Shown here piece after piece: positions 37,385 to 50,775 of a DNA stretch of 64,000 nt. Position 1 is the stretch's first letter. Every line of letters begins with the position of its first letter. The translations under genes were made by a program, and so were the position numbers. Source of the DNA: Octopus bimaculoides. Taxonomy: Eukaryota. The stretch lies in NCBI RefSeq assembly GCF_001194135.2, contig NC_068998.1, forward strand, positions 48,517,215 through 48,581,214, read 5' to 3'. The notes under the pieces are model-generated. The model did no database searches. It saw only the letters and a list, made by a program, of their open reading frames with translations, and was not told the origin of the DNA.

Positions 37385-37809
37385 TTTACTCTCTTACTCT
37401 TTTACTTGTTTCAGGCATTTGACTGTGGCCATGCTGGAGCACCACCTTTAGTCGAGCAAATCGACCGCAGGACTTATTCTTTGTAAGCCTAGTACTTATT
37501 CTATCGGTCTCTTTTGCCGAACCACTAAGTTACGGGGACGTAAACACACCAGCATCGGTTGTCAAGCGATGTTGGGGGGACAAACACAGACACACAAACA
37601 TACACATACACACACACACACACATATATATATATACATATATATGAGAGGCTTCTTTCAGTTTCCATCTACCAAATCCACTCACAAGGCTTTGGTTGGC
37701 CCGAGGCTATAGTAGAAGACACTTGCCCAAGATGCCACGCAGTGGGACTGAACCCGGAACCATGTGGTTGGTAAGCAAGCTACTTACCACACAGCCACTC
37801 CTACGCCTA
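37385..37809 (-). mobile_element. Full-length family B tRNA-derived SINE (~425 bp) with an internal TG/TA microsatellite
   Basis: Minus head taggcgtaggagtggctgtgtggtaagtagcttgcttaccaaccacatggttccgggttcagtccc; tail gaaacaagtaaaagagtaaaagagtaa. Confidence 0.88.
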
Positions 37810-38007
37810 TTTTCTCTATTTTTTTACAAACAAGTCAACATAGCCTATAGTGTAATCACAGCTTGTAGTGTAAACATGTGGTGTAAACATGTAGTGTAAA
37901 CATGTAGTGTAAACATTCAAACATCATCAGTATCTTTTCAAGTTCTGCAGCATTTCACATGGAATTTTTGGTTTTCCAAAGTCGTCTTAGTGTCTAAGTC
38001 AACATAC

Positions 38008-38115
38008 CTGTCTTTGCTGTAAATTTTGCTCTGAAAAATTTGACTCGTTTTCTGGAGAATACAGTAAGCTATGACTGACTGAACTTTTTGCCAAGGGCAT
38101 TCCAGCCATGCCCAT
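38008..38115 (-). CDS. Candidate first coding exon of an unidentified gene
   Basis: Strong donor CAG|gtatgt at 38008; the frame is open for ~95 codons; the first ATG gives MGMAGMPLAKSSVSHSLLYSPENESNFSEQNLQQRQ. The ATGs overlap a repeat-like stretch, which lowers confidence. Confidence 0.25.
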
Positions 38116-38299
38116 CCGTTTTTTGTTTTTTTTTCTATCTAAGACTACTTCTTCGACTTCTTTCACCTTTTCTTCATTTACCGGTGAAACCACGTTTTCT
38201 AGCACAGAAATCGATGAACGACTTCTTTGAGGACAACTTCTTTGATTTCCTGTGCCTCTTTGTCGTTTATTTGTGATACGTTCTCATTACAGCTAGCCA

Positions 38300-38510
38300 C
38301 TAGCACTAATTAGGTTACCTAGGTAACACAAACTATCACAATCTGTGAGTTACCTGAGCATTACCGAGTCTCAGGTCAGCTCTGCTCCAGCAGTACAATA
38401 ACAGGTGTGTTGACAACGTGAAGGATAAGGTGTAAACCACATACCTGTTGTTTCACTTATACTATTGTTCCATGCTCTCACATGCATTGACCAATCACAT
38501 GATGTTTACT
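38300..38510 (-). promoter_or_regulatory. Promoter / 5'-exon-like block
   Basis: CCAAT at 38491, palindrome GTTACCTAGGTAAC at 38314-38327, second strong donor CAG|gtatgt at 38445, locally retained CpGs. Confidence 0.3.
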
Positions 38511-38635
38511 GAGACAGTCTGAACATAATACAGTGTCATCATTCTCCAGTGTATTTTTATATCTACTATTTTTATACTTGTTTCAGTCATTGGACTGTGG
38601 CCACACTGGGGTACCATCAAATTGACACCAGTACA

Positions 38636-38985
38636 TCATCCTCCTCATCGTCATCATCATCGTTTAACGTCCGCTTTCCATGCTAGCATGGGTTGGACGA
38701 TTTGACTGAGGACTGGTGGACCAGGAGGCGACACCAGGCTCCAATCTTATTTGGCAGAGTTTCTACAGCTGGATGCCCTTCCTAACACCAACCACTCAGA
38801 GAGTGTAGTGGGTACTTTTACGTGCCACTGGCACGAGGGCCAGTCAGGCGGATACTGGCAACAGTCACGCTCGAAATGGTGTATTTTACGTGCCACCTGC
38901 ACAAGGGCCAGTCCAGGGGCACTGGCAATGATCTCACTCGAATGTCTTACTGGCAAAGGCCACGCTCGAAATGGTGTATTACGTG
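38636..38985 (-). mobile_element. Young family C LINE 3' end with two internal modules
   Basis: Near-identical to 9308-9670. Confidence 0.8.
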
Positions 38986-39164
38986 TCATCTCTCAGTCTT
39001 TTTTATTGACCTCCAAAAGGATGAAAAGCAAAAAGGCAAAGTCAACCTCGGTGGAATTTGAACTCGGAATGGAAAGCTAGAAGAAATACCACTCAGCATC
39101 TTGTCCAGCAAGGTAAGTATTCCGTCAGCTTGCTGCCCTCAGAACTTTTATAATAACAACGGCA

Positions 39165-39410
39165 ACCACATTAACCTGTTCATTTCCACATTTCAGTTGA
39201 AGTACACAGCTTTCAATTCAATTCAATTAATTTTGAAAATAATAAAAAATTTATTGAAATAACTTTGTCAGTATTAAACTTGTGTTTGAAACATAAATTA
39301 ATATGAAATTTTGATGGATGGTTTTAATTTAGATCACTTTAAAACGGGAAGCTTGCATCGAAGGGCCAAGGGCAGTTTCAGGCGGGTTGGTATCAAAAGA
39401 GGTTAACGAC
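39165..39410. mobile_element. TTAA-bounded MITE-like element (piggyBac-type ends)
   Basis: ttaacctgtt ... aaagaggttaa; internal ttaattttgaaaat and aattaatat(g/a)aaattttgat are shared with the split copy at about 5995-6370. Confidence 0.5.
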
Positions 39411-40274
39411 GATCGTTTAACGATAATAACTAATTTCTTGTAATGGAGGCAGATGCAGCTGTGTGTTTTAGCAGTTTGGTGGTTGCAAAAGAATCTGCAT
39501 TGATTTATTGAAAATGTTGAATGCAGTTCAAATGAGCTAAGCAGAAGAAAAAAAAAAAAGGAAAAAAAGTAGTTTTCTATTGAAATATTAGCTGATAAAT
39601 TAATGCCGAAAGGTTATGTGATTTGACACAGTCTTTATCCATTTTCCACAGAATTTAGACATGTATGCAATACTATTGGAGACAACAACCAGTTCTTTAT
39701 TTAGATGTAATTAAGAATTTGTCTGCAAGACACTGAAAAGATGGGTAATAAATAAGAATTGAAAAAGAGTCAAATATATGTAGTACAAGTCTAGAATTTC
39801 TAACCAAATGCAATATTCTACAATGTTCTTAGGAAAAAAACATCCGCAAGAATATTGTCGTCAATGAAGATTATGAGAGTAGATATTCTAAAAATAGCCA
39901 AAATATACTGCAAAATATTGAAAGACTACCAGAAGCTAGCAAAAGTGTTATTAAATACTTCAATTAGTTGACTAAAATGTTAACATTGTTGTCTATGAAA
40001 CAGTAACTAATATGGCATGGAAGATAGTATTTAGTACCACAGGGTTAAAATATATAGAGGTATTGCTTTGTTTTTTGTTTATTTCTCTTGAGGTAAACAC
40101 TTGTATGCTGAAGATGCTGCTGTACTCCATCTCAAAAGTGTAGGGGTCGATGCTTCATCAGATGATGAAGCAGACCTACAGGTGTTTCAGACCCTTTGAC
40201 CAGAGCTACTCGGGGCCACTCACCGATGTAGGCGACTAGACTCCCACACAACAGCACACGCTTTGTCGAGTCAG

Positions 40275-40536
40275 TTGTTGTGACTCTGAGCCAGATGTTG
40301 TGACTTTGGGCCAGATGTTGTGACTCTGGGCCAGATGTTGTGACTCTGGGCCAGATGTTGTGACTCTGGGCCAGATGTTGTGACTCTGGGCCAGATGTTG
40401 TGACTCTGGGCCAGATGTTGTGACTCTGGGCCAGATGTTGTGACTCTGGGCCAGATGTTGTGACTCTGGGCCAGATGTTGTGACACTGGGCCAGATGTGA
40501 CTCTGGGCCAGATGTTGTGACTCTGGGCCAGATGTT
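40275..40536. repeat. Highly homogeneous 20-bp minisatellite, 13 units
   Basis: (tgactctgggccagatgttg)n with three substitutions and one 3-nt deletion. Confidence 0.95.
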
Positions 40537-40734
40537 TCCACCATCCTCGCTGCTTGATCTTGCTGCATCATTTGTTCTCTCTGGGATCAGATGCAATGTC
40601 TTGCTTTCTCAGAGGCTTTCAACAATTTTCTGGCAACATCATTTCTCTCCTTCATGTGATAAGGGCATCCATTAAGGGCCTCCTGTCACAGGAACCATGT
40701 GTAAACGCAGACATTGGAGCTCAAAGTAGTCCTT

Positions 40735-40895
40735 GGTTGACTTTGCCTTTCAGACATCTGATCTCAGTGCAGTTTGATTTTGTACTTCATGCTTTCGGAA
40801 TCGATAAAATAAGTACCAGCTGAGTACTGGGGTCAATGTAATTGACTTACCCCTTCCCCAGAAATTGTTGGCCTTGTGCCAAAATTTGAAACCAT
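40735..40895 (+). mobile_element. Headless family A SINE carrying a 33-bp insertion
   Basis: gttgactttgcctttca|33 nt|ttcatgctttcggaatcgataaaataagtacc. Confidence 0.75.
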
Positions 40896-40911
40896 TATTA
40901 TTATTATTATT

Positions 40912-41465
40912 GCGTGAGAGAGACTTGCATGCCATCAAAGTGACACAGAGGTACAAATATATGAAGCCCAATATATCCATCATGATTACCCGTTTGATTG
41001 AGGGTACACCAGGCACATGCATCACAACCATATGTGCATGACATGGTGATCTCTTATCAAGATAAACAGTGTATGACCTTGCCGATGGAGCCCATTTAGA
41101 ATTTTCTTCAGGTCAAGTAGTTCAACCCAATCAAAAGGTCCCTGAATAAGGGTTGTTTAAGGATGATGAATGAAATACCCATGTTTCCAGAGGTGAATTA
41201 TTCAAACCCCCAAGAATTCCTCTTGACACATGGCTATCATGGTCCCAAAATTTCTGCTCATGACCAGAGATGCACATATCGTCAGCCACCAAGGGACATG
41301 CTCAACTGGTTAAGGTCAAACAACTGACAAGCAAATCTGTGGTATTAAGCAGAATATTTGCTGTAGCCCATCTTTTATACCAAGACAAAACAAAGTACAT
41401 GATAACACTTCCAATCAGTTAAGATCAGAAGCCATGAGAGCCACTGCCTGGTACTGCATCAGAAC

Positions 41466-41467
<2 letters not shown>
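40912..41467. mobile_element. Unclassified ~550-bp element bounded by (TTA)n tracts, probably a LINE 3' end
   Basis: More GC-rich, complex block flanked on both sides by TTA repeats; single copy in the window. Confidence 0.35.
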
Positions 41468-41498
<31 letters not shown>

Positions 41499-42274
41499 AA
41501 TTCTGCCGGGGTCGACTTTGCCTTTCATCCTTTTGGGATCAATTAGCTAAGTACCAATTTACGTATTGGGGTCGATGTAATCGACTTAATCCCTTCCCCC
41601 AAATTTGAGGCCTTGTGTTTCCAGCAGAAAGGATTATTATTATTAATATTATTATTATTATTTGGGCAGTGGATTGGCAGAATTGTCAGAGCATTAAACA
41701 AAATACTCTGCAGGATTTGTTCTGAACTTTTTACATTCCACCAAGGTCAACATTGCCTTAAATTTTTCTTTGTGGTTGATAAAATAAAGAACAAGCGAAG
41801 TAGAGGGGGTGGGCAGGGGTCAACATTATGATAAAACACTCCCTCTAAGTATGTGGCTTTTTTCTTGCACCAAAAATTATTAGTAATAATAATTTGTTAG
41901 GCACAAGAGCGGAAACTGTGTGGTGGGAAGTTGTCAATTAAACCAACCCACTTTTTGACTTGTATTTCACTGACCTTGGAGAGACAAAAAGCAAAGTTGT
42001 CAATGGTGGGATTAGAACCCAAGTTGTAAATAACTGAAACAAATAGTGTAAGACGTTTTGTCTAATGCATTAATGTTCTACACTTCACCGTCATCATCAT
42101 CATCATTGTCATTTAGTGTGCCTTTGTCCATGCTGGCATGGGTTGGACAGTTTGACAAGAACAGACAAACTAGCTCTGCTAGGTTCAATGTCTGTTTAAG
42201 CACAGTTCCTACAGCTGGATGCCCTTCCTAATGCTAACCACTTAATCACAATGCCATATGCCCGCGCTTTTAAG

Positions 42275-42378
42275 CACTACGCCATATGGCATAGTGGTCA
42301 AGAGCACAAGTTACTAACCCCAAGATTCAAAGTTCGATTCCAGGCAGTGACCTGAGTAATAATAACAACAACAATAAC

Positions 42379-42433
<55 letters not shown>

Positions 42434-42466
42434 TCGAAAAATACCTTAGGAATGAGACCAAGACTG
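42275..42466 (+). mobile_element. tRNA-derived SINE with an internal (AAT)n tract
   Basis: tggcatagtggtcaagagc...aaagttcgattccaggc (A and B boxes), (AAT)n, then acatcgaaaaataccttaggaatgaga. Confidence 0.6.
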
Positions 42467-45400
42467 ATATCTGACCCAAAGTCTGTTTTGCTTTTTACCG
42501 TACCAAAACCAATTAAATAATACTATATCATATGGAGCAGTGCTCCAGCATGGCCACAGTCAATGACTAACCAGTAAGAGATAAAGACAGTGTGTGTGTG
42601 TGTGTATGTAAGCCAGTGAACTGGCTGACCATATAGTAGTAGTTGTAGTAGTAGTAATAGTAGTAGCTGTATCATCATATGACTAGTTTAGTAGTTTATA
42701 GCTGATTGTGTAGTACTGTGTGAGAGAGAGAGAGAGAGAGTGTGTGAGAGTGGCTGAGGGTGGGGGGAGGAGACCAAGACAGATTCTGCACTGTTAGTGT
42801 TTATATGCAGGAGACTATAATACTGATGATGGTTAGTGAATATCAATATCTGAGAACTGGGACACACAGACATATTTAAGTGACAGACAGACAGACAGAC
42901 ATATATACTGTGTAAAAATAGGAAGAAAGATGAGTGTTCAATATTATAAATGGTGAGATCATTTACTGAAAGCTGTAAACTGTTACTCAGAGTTTTCCTC
43001 GTCACTCAGTTTTGGATTATTGTTTAATACAGAGCATAGAAGTTTATTAAAGAGGAAGTTGAAAGAGTTGATTAGCAACAGGAAGTGTTGGTCGGTTAAT
43101 GAAAAATAAGAACGGGAATATTTGTTGGCTTACGATGGTAACTATTGTTTGTTGTTTGAAAAATACTAACAAAAAAACACATTTGGTCAGTAATATAGTA
43201 AATATATTGCAGAAAAGATAGGTTGGACATAGCAATATAATATATAGGATAAAATGTGTTATAAAACGTGTGCGTGTGTGTGTGTGTGAAAAATAGTAAG
43301 AATACAGAGCAGAGACTGCAACTTGCAAAGGATAAAGAAGCTCCAATTTCCAGAGACTGTTATTGTCATATGACAGCGGCAGTTAAACATTTAGAGGTAC
43401 AAGGTTATATGAAGTAGGGACTTCTTACAGTGTCTGCAGAAAGCATGCACCTCAGACTGCTTGTTCAGATGTTCATCATCTTGGAATAGGATTGCTGTTT
43501 CCTCATTTACAGAAACCTGGCAGTATAGATTCTAATGAAAATTACAATGTAAGGGTTACAAGCAACAAAGTTAAATGCTTGTCAAACAAGATCATCATCA
43601 TGAATATCATCATTTTAAGATCCCCTTTTCCACTTGCATGGGTCAGATGGAGTTTATTGAGGTAGATTTTCTATGACCAGATGCCCTTCCTGTTGCCAAC
43701 CTTCACCTGTTTCCTAGAAAAGTAGTGTCTCCTTGTGGCTAGATATGTTGTTGCAGAATACTAGAAATGGCTTACAAAGAATAAGTCCTGGGGTCGATTT
43801 TCTCGACTAAAGGTGGTGCTCCAGCATGGCCACAGTCAAATGACTGAAACAAGTAAAAGAGTAAAAAGAGTAAAAGAGTAAGTCTGACCAAAAGAAACAA
43901 TCACATCATCACAGCTAACACTGGAGATTAGCAGAGGCCTGCAGCTCACAAGGCATCCAAACTATGCTGGCATGGAAAATGGACATTGATGATGATGTTG
44001 ATAACAATGATGATGATGACGTGATGATGATGACGGTGGTGATGGTGGTGGTGGTGATGTATCATGTCTTCTTTCAAGTTAGAATTTTCAGTTAGGCCAA
44101 TATAAGATCTGTGAGCAAAATTGTTGCCAAGGTGAACTTGAGCAGAGCTGACTAAAGCTTTTGAAAAACACTGTTAAGGAAAAAATTATGATGCAGTTGG
44201 CAGTAAAAGAAGAGTTTATATTACTGGTGGACAGATTTTGGGCATTAAATTGGTAATAAAACTTATAAAGTTCTTAAACAAGACTAGCTCTCCTTAATCA
44301 TGTTCTTATTAAAAAGCTTATAATGTAATTTATCAAGAAATGAAAAGAAATTAAAGAAGTCTCTAGCAATATAAGAACAGACATTCAGACTAACTATGGA
44401 TTATATGATACACCTTGATCAGCTTTTATGCTTGGCTGTAGTGCAGTTCATGTTGTATACTTTTATCTGTGAAATCATTATTACTTAGTGCCTCGTTAAA
44501 ATAATGATAAGACTGAATTTTTTTTTTTATTTGTACAGTGATTCAAAAAACACAGAGTGAAAAAAAACTTGGTCAAGGGTTTTGTATGGGACTTGTAAAG
44601 AGCATTAACAAAAACAAGTAACAGCAAAATTCCCTGATAAAAAGGAAGCTGCTTTTGGTTAATCAAGGGAACCCAACAAAACCTTCATGACCCTAATAAT
44701 CATCAAAGGCACATACTCACTCGAACCCTTTATTTCACAGCTTATAGTCATATGCTCAGAGTAAGGTCTATAACACATACTGTATTCCTAACTCTACTCC
44801 ACTTTACAAAGAATTCGATAAGGGGTAACATCACTTTCTTTACTGTCACCTTCCTTTACTGCCACACAGTAGGACTGAACCCAGACCAATGTGGTGGGAA
44901 ACAAACTTCTTACCATACAGCCATGCTTGCACCCATATTTCTATACAAATATATATATATATATATTTTAACATCCATTTTCCATGCTGGCATGGGTTGG
45001 ATGGTTTGACCAGACTTGGCAAGCCAGAGAACAACACCTGGCTCCACTGGCTGCTTTGGCCCGATTTCTATGACCGGATGCCCGTCCAAATGCCAACCAC
45101 TTTATATGGTGTGCTGGCTGCATTATATGCAGCACCTGCATGGGTGCTTTACATGTGGCACCAGCATGGGTAATTTATACATGCCACCAGTACAGGTGTT
45201 TTTTATGTGGCACCAGAACAGATCATGTGTATATGCATGTATATTTGTGTATGTGCATGTGTATATCACTATGTATGCATGTGTAAATGTATGTATTTAT
45301 AATTGTGTATGCATGCGTATTTGTGTTAGCATGACTGTATCCATTTATATATGTGTGTGTAAATGAGCTTGTATATATGCATGTGCAAGTGTATGTATAC

Positions 45401-45902
45401 GTGAATATATGTATGTAAATGTATNNNNNNNNNNGTATGTATGTATGTATGTATGTATGTTGCATGTATGTATGTATGTATGTATGTATGTATGTATACA
45501 CGTATGTATGTATGTATGTATGTATGTATGTTTTTTCCTCCGGATTGGTGCTTTACCGATTATTTTAACCAATCATCTGTTTGGTAATGAAGATGTAAAC
45601 AAAGTCTAGATTTTTTAAAAGCATCTCGTTCTTTTCATCATCCTCTCTATTACCATTCCTCCTTCCAATTTTAGGCTGTTGTACACTTTTATTACTGCAG
45701 ATACCATTATCCTGCGTAGTATAGGAATTATGGAGAAGCATTCTTTCTCCAAGAATCCCAAGTTCAGCCATACTTCGATCTTGGTAGGTTAGTTACGCAT
45801 GCATCCTTGTGTGTATGTGTGTATGTATGTATGTAGGTATGTATGCACGCATGCATGCGTTCATGGGATGTATGTATACATATCTATACATATGTATGTT
45901 TT

Positions 45903-45947
<45 letters not shown>

Positions 45948-47468
45948 GTACATAGACATGTGAATGTAGATATGTATATATACATGTACATGTAGATGCA
46001 CATATACAAGTATGTATGTGTGCATATATATANNNNNNNNNNNNNNNNNNNNNNNNNNNNNNNNNNNNNNNNNNNNNNNNNNNNNNNNNNNNNNNNNNNN
46101 NNNNNNNNNNNNNNNNNNNNNNNNNNNNNNNNNNNNNNNNNNNNNNNNNNNNNNNNNNNNNNNNNNNNNNNNNNNNNNNNNNNNNNNNNNNNNNNNNNNN
46201 NNNNNNNNNNNNNNNNNNNNNNNNNNNNNNNNNNNNNNNNNNNNNNNNNNNNNNNNNNNNNNNNNNNNNNNNNNNNNNNNNNNNNNNNNNNNNNNNNNNN
46301 NNNNNNNNNNNNNNNNNNNNNNNNNNNNNNNNNNNNNNNNNNNNNNNNNNNNNNNNNNNNNNNNNNNNNNNNNNNNNNNNNNNNNNNNNNNNNNNNNNNN
46401 NNNNNNNNNNNNNNNNNNNNNNNNNNNNNNNNNNNNNNNNNNNNNNNNNNNNNNNNNNNNNNNNNNNNNNNNNNNNNNNNNNNNNNNNNNNNNNNNNNNN
46501 NNNNNNNNNNNNNNNNNNNNNNNNNNNNNNNNNNNNNNNNNNNNNNNNNNNNNNNNNNNNNNNNNNNNNNNNNNNNNNNNNNNNNNNNNNNNNNNNNNNN
46601 NNNNNNNNNNNNNNNNNNNNNNNNNNNNNNNNNNNNNNNNNNNNNNNNNNNNNNNNNNNNNNNNNNNNNNNNNNNNNNNNNNNNNNNNNNNNNNNNNNNN
46701 NNNNNNNNNNNNNNNNNNNNNNNNNNNNNNNNNNNNNNNNNNNNNNNNNNNNNNNNNNNNNNNNNNNNNNNNNNNNNNNNNNNNNNNNNNNNNNNNNNNN
46801 NNNNNNNNNNNNNNNNNNNNNNNNNNNNNNNNNNNNNNNNNNNNNNNNNNNNNNNNNNNNNNNNNNNNNNNNNNNNNNNNNNNNNNNNNNNNNNNNNNNN
46901 NNNNNNNNNNNNNNNNNNNNNNNNNNNNNNNNNNNNNNNNNNNNNNNNNNNNNNNNNNNNNNNNNNNNNNNNNNNNNNNNNNNNNNNNNNNNNNNNNNNN
47001 NNNNNNNNNNNNNNNNNNNNNNNNNNNNNGGGGGAGGGGCGGTGGTGATGATGTGGTGGCGGTGCAGGACATTTTAAAATCACATTCAAGCTGGTAAACA
47101 TATTATATGTGGTGGTGGTGGTGGTGGTGGTCGCCATGGTGGTGGCAGTGGTGAAACAGCAATGGTGATGTGAAAGAAAAAGAGGAGGAGTAGGAGGAGA
47201 TGAGAGACTATAGTGGGAGGAGCAGACAGAAGTATTTTGTCAATGTTCTCAGTGTTCTTTTAATACACATGTACACATAGATAAACACACATATATATGC
47301 ATATATATGTGTGTATGCATACACATAAATACATACATATATATACATATATATATACACATACATATATATACATACATATATATACACACACATACAT
47401 ACATATATATATATATATGAACACATATACACTCATGTGCACATGTGACGTCCTGTACCCATATATGC

Positions 47469-47504
<36 letters not shown>

Positions 47505-47577
47505 ATATGCATATACATATATATATATGCATATACATATATAAATATATATACACACATATATACACATATATATT

Positions 47578-47768
47578 CTTTTCTATTCCAGGTACAAGGC
47601 CCGAAATTTTGGGGGAGGAGGCCAGTCGATTAGATCAACCCTGGTATGCAACTGGTACTTAATTTATCGACATCAAAAGGATGACAGGCAAAGTCGACCT
47701 CAGTGGAATTTGAACTCAGAACGTAAACACAGACGAAATACCGCTAAGCATTTCACTTAGCGTGCTAA
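47578..47768 (-). mobile_element. Family A SINE
   Basis: ggcaaagtcgacctcagtggaatttgaactcagaacgtaaacacagacgaaataccgctaagcatttc. Confidence 0.85.
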
Positions 47769-49344
47769 CACACACACACATGTATATTATATACATTCAT
47801 ACATACATATATAGACACACAGATTTCCTTTCCAGAACACACTGAAAATGTGACTATATCCTAATTTCATTAATATTTTTCATATCTGCATAGCAGACCC
47901 TTGGAACTATAAATCTCCAAACTCATACCACTATGTTTCTAGACCACCTCTGCCTCATTTTCAGGACACAGGGTGGTTTCTGGCTTCTGTACTGCCATTT
48001 TTATAGTCACTGGCTAATGTTTATACAGATTTTTCTACAACAGTTTTACAATGTGAATGTTAGAGCTTGTATATGTCTGCAATATGCTGTTAATAAGGAT
48101 GTTTTTGATCTTCTTGTGTTTGCATTGTATTACTAGCATCTGTTTATGGTTTGATGTATCATGTTTTCTTTTATTAGATTTTTGATTATGTGTTCATCTG
48201 TTCTGTACCTGGTATGCATTTGATAAACATAATACTCTGTGTGTTCCAAATGTACTTTACATAATTCTATCACCTAATATATATATATATANNNNNNNNN
48301 NNNNNNNNNNNNNNNNNNNNNNNNNNNNNNNNNNNNNNNNNNNNNNNNNNNNNNNNNNNNNNNNNNNNNNNNNNNNNNNNNNNNNNNNNNNNNNNNNNNN
48401 NNNNNNNNNNNNNNNNNNNNNNNNNNNNNNNNNNNNNNNNNNNNNNNNNNNNNNNNNNNNNNNNNNNNNNNNNNNNNNNNNNNNNNNNNNNNNNNNNNNN
48501 NNNNNNNNNNNNNNNNNNNNNNNNNNNNNNNNNNNNNNNNNNNNNNNNNNNNNNNNNNNNNNNNNNNNNNNNNNNTATATATATATATATATATTTATAT
48601 ATATAATATAAATAATATATAGTTATATGCATATATCCATACATATATATACATACGTACATCTATATGTATACCCATTCCAGTGCCACATGAAAGCACC
48701 TGTGCTGGTGCCATATCAACAATGCCAAAGTCCACTCCAAAGTGGTTGGCATTAGGAAGGGCCTCCAGCAGTGCAAACCATGCCAAAGCAGACACTTTTC
48801 CATGCTTGCAAAGTTCAGAGTTTATTGAGGCAGATTTTCTATGGGAGGAATGCTTTTCCTATCACCAACCTTTACCCGTTTTTAAACAGGGTTATATTTC
48901 CCTTAAGGCCAGACATGTTTTTGCAGAGTATGACAAATGAATGGATACTATTTGTATGAGAGTGACAATCGTTTGACAACTTTCACATGACATCATGTCA
49001 TGACAACACACACACACACATATATGCACCTGACTGTGTATGTGTGTGTATGCATGTATTTGTATGTATGTATGTATATACACATGTATAAATGTATGCA
49101 TCTATGTACCCGTATGTGGATATCTGTATATGTGTAAGTATATTCCATTGAATTAGGGTTGACCATTAATGTCTGCAGTAGACCACACCAACCACCACAT
49201 CACACCGCCACCATCGCCATACTACCACACAAACACACACATACATGATGTGATGACAGTTGACGAGAAACGGGTGGGGTGGGGGGTGAGTTGTGAAAAT
49301 GCAACAACAGAATGATCTGCATAAAGAGAGTGAATGTGTAAGCC

Positions 49345-49391
<47 letters not shown>

Positions 49392-50360
49392 ATTGTTGTT
49401 GTTGTTGTTTGACTTAGTTTTTTTTTTGTGGAATTTGTTATAATATTTGATTTCAGTTATTTTCATGAAGACGGTGGAAGCGTCAGTGTAGGGGGTGGGC
49501 GGAGAAGGAAAGACATGGAAGGTTGACGCACAGAAAAAAGAGGAACAGTTAGAGAGAGAGGGAAAGNNNNNNNNNNNNNNNNNNNNNNNNNNNNNNNNNN
49601 NNNNNNNNNNNNNNNNNNNNNNNNNNNNNNNNNNNNNNNNNNNNNNNNNNNNNNNNNNNNNNNNNNNNNNNNNNNNNNNNNNNNNNNNNNNNNNNNNNNN
49701 NNNNNNNNNNNNNNNNNNNNNNNNNNNNNNNNNNNNNNNNNNNNNNNNNNNNNNNNNNNNNNNNNNNNNNNNNNNNNNNNNNNNNNNNNNNNNNNNNNNN
49801 NNNNNNNNNNNNNNNNNNNNNNNNNNNNNNNNNNNNNNNNNNNNNNNNNNNNNNNNNNNNNNNNNNNNNNNNNNNNNNNNNNNNNNNNNNNNNNNNNNNN
49901 NNNNNNNNNNNNNNNNNNNNNNNNNNNNNNNNNNNNNNNNNNNNNNNNNNNNNNNNNNNNNNNNNNNNNNNNNNNNNNNNNNNNNNNNNNNNNNNNNNNN
50001 NNNNNNNNNNNNNNNNNNNNNNNNNNNNNNNNNNNNNNNNNNNNNNNNNNNNNNNNNNNNNNNNNNNNNNNNNNNNNNNNNNNNNNNNNNNNNNNNNNNN
50101 NNNNNNNNNNNNNNNNNNNNNNNNNNNNNNNNNNNNNNNNNNNNNNNNNNNNNNNNNNNNNNNNNNNNNNNNNNNNNNNNNNNNNNNNNNNNNNNNNNNN
50201 NNNNNNNNNNNNNNNNNNNNNNNNNNNNNNNNNNNNNNNNNNNNNNNNNNNNNNNNNNNNNNNNNNNNNNNNNNNNNNNNNNNNNNNNNNNNNNNNNNNN
50301 NNNNNNNNNNNNNNNNNNNNNNNNNNNNNNNNNNNNNNNNNNNNNNNNNNNNNNNNNNNN

Positions 50361-50414
<54 letters not shown>

Positions 50415-50415
<1 letters not shown>

Positions 50416-50775
50416 AGTGGCTGTGTGGTAAGAAGTTTGTTTCCCAACTACAAGGTTCTGGGTTCAGTCCCGCTGCATGGTACATTAGGCCAGTGTCATC
50501 TCAGACCGACCAAAGCCTTGCGAGTGAATAAAGGTAGATGGAAACTGAAAGAAGCCTGTCTTATATTATGCACATATCTATGTGTGTGTCTTCGTGTCTG
50601 TGTTTGTCCCGCACCATGGCTAGGCAACTATTGTTGGTTTGTTTATGTCTTCAAAACTTAGCAGCTCGGTAAAAGAGACCGATAGAATAAGTACCAGATT
50701 TTAACTAAAATTCGTCAAGGTGGTGCCCCAGAATGGGAGGCATCCCAATGACTGAAACAAGTAAAAGATAAAAGA
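50415..50775 (+). mobile_element. Full-length diverged family B SINE
   Basis: Head gagtggctgtgtggtaagaagtttgtttccc through tail aatgactgaaacaagtaaaagataaaaga. Confidence 0.8.

Noticed and set aside
40140-40195. Hammerhead ribozyme from minus-strand GAAAC...GTC...CTGATGA
   Set aside because: Stems I, II and III cannot be formed in register.
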